DNA of 48,840 bases, filler included, from Catajapyx aquilonaris (taxonomy: Eukaryota): NCBI GenBank assembly GCA_000934665.2. It is 3 parts of 3 records of this genome, joined end to end, with 100 filler letters (N's around TTAATTAATTAA, not from the genome) between each part and the next. Parts side by side here need not be neighbours in the genome. Positions count along the whole stretch, not along the records: positions 32,626 to 48,840 come from JYFJ02007259.1; 2 more parts are not named here. One strand, written 5' to 3'. The notes under the pieces were generated by a model that was given only the letters and a program-made list of their open reading frames with translations, made no database searches and was not told where the DNA came from. Position numbers and translations under genes: made by a program. Below are positions 48,642 to 48,840 of this stretch, piece by piece (the stretch's first letter is position 1; the number at the start of each line of letters is the position of its first letter).

Positions 48642-48768
48642 ATGGTAATTACTAATATAATGATAATATAATGGTAATTACTAATATAATGATAATATAA
48701 TGGTAATTACTAATATAATGATAATATAATGGTAATTACTAATATACAACAACAACAACAACAACAAC
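48642..48768. repeat. 29-bp tandem repeat (~3.5 copies) followed by (CAA)n
   Basis: atggtaattactaatataatgataatata repeated, then caacaacaac. Confidence 0.9.
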
Positions 48769-48840
48769 ATCACGACATTTCCCTATGAGGGGTAGTCAGC
48801 GATGAAGGGAGATGCAAGCTAACCCAACATATGAACTAAT

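Overview
Eukaryotic (arthropod-like) genomic DNA. It is three unlinked ~16.2-kb contigs (1-16220, 16321-32525, 32626-48840) joined by artificial 100-nt N/TTAATTAATTAA spacers. Contig 1 holds a two-coding-exon PIG-C gene whose 7-kb intron and flanks are packed with nested DNA-transposon relics (Tc1, mariner, pogo, piggyBac-, hAT- and Harbinger-type MITEs), plus a V-domain tRNA-SINE upstream. Contig 2 holds a tandem duplication of a long C2H2 zinc-finger gene (20 vs 14 fingers, second copy frameshifted), a 1.4-kb foldback element and MITEs. Contig 3 is gene-dense with tiny introns: BRX1 (5' part, -), LEO1 (+), THOC1/Hpr1 (-) and PAPST2/SLC35B3 (+). The most striking feature is an intact 562-aa piggyBac-transposase-derived ORF nested on the sense strand inside the first coding intron of PAPST2. 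It has its own splice acceptor and poly(A) signal, no detectable TIRs/TTAA, and Asn at the third catalytic position. This makes it a candidate domesticated PGBD gene in an exon-trap layout reminiscent of CSB-PGBD3. All identifications are by eye from motifs; no database searches were run.
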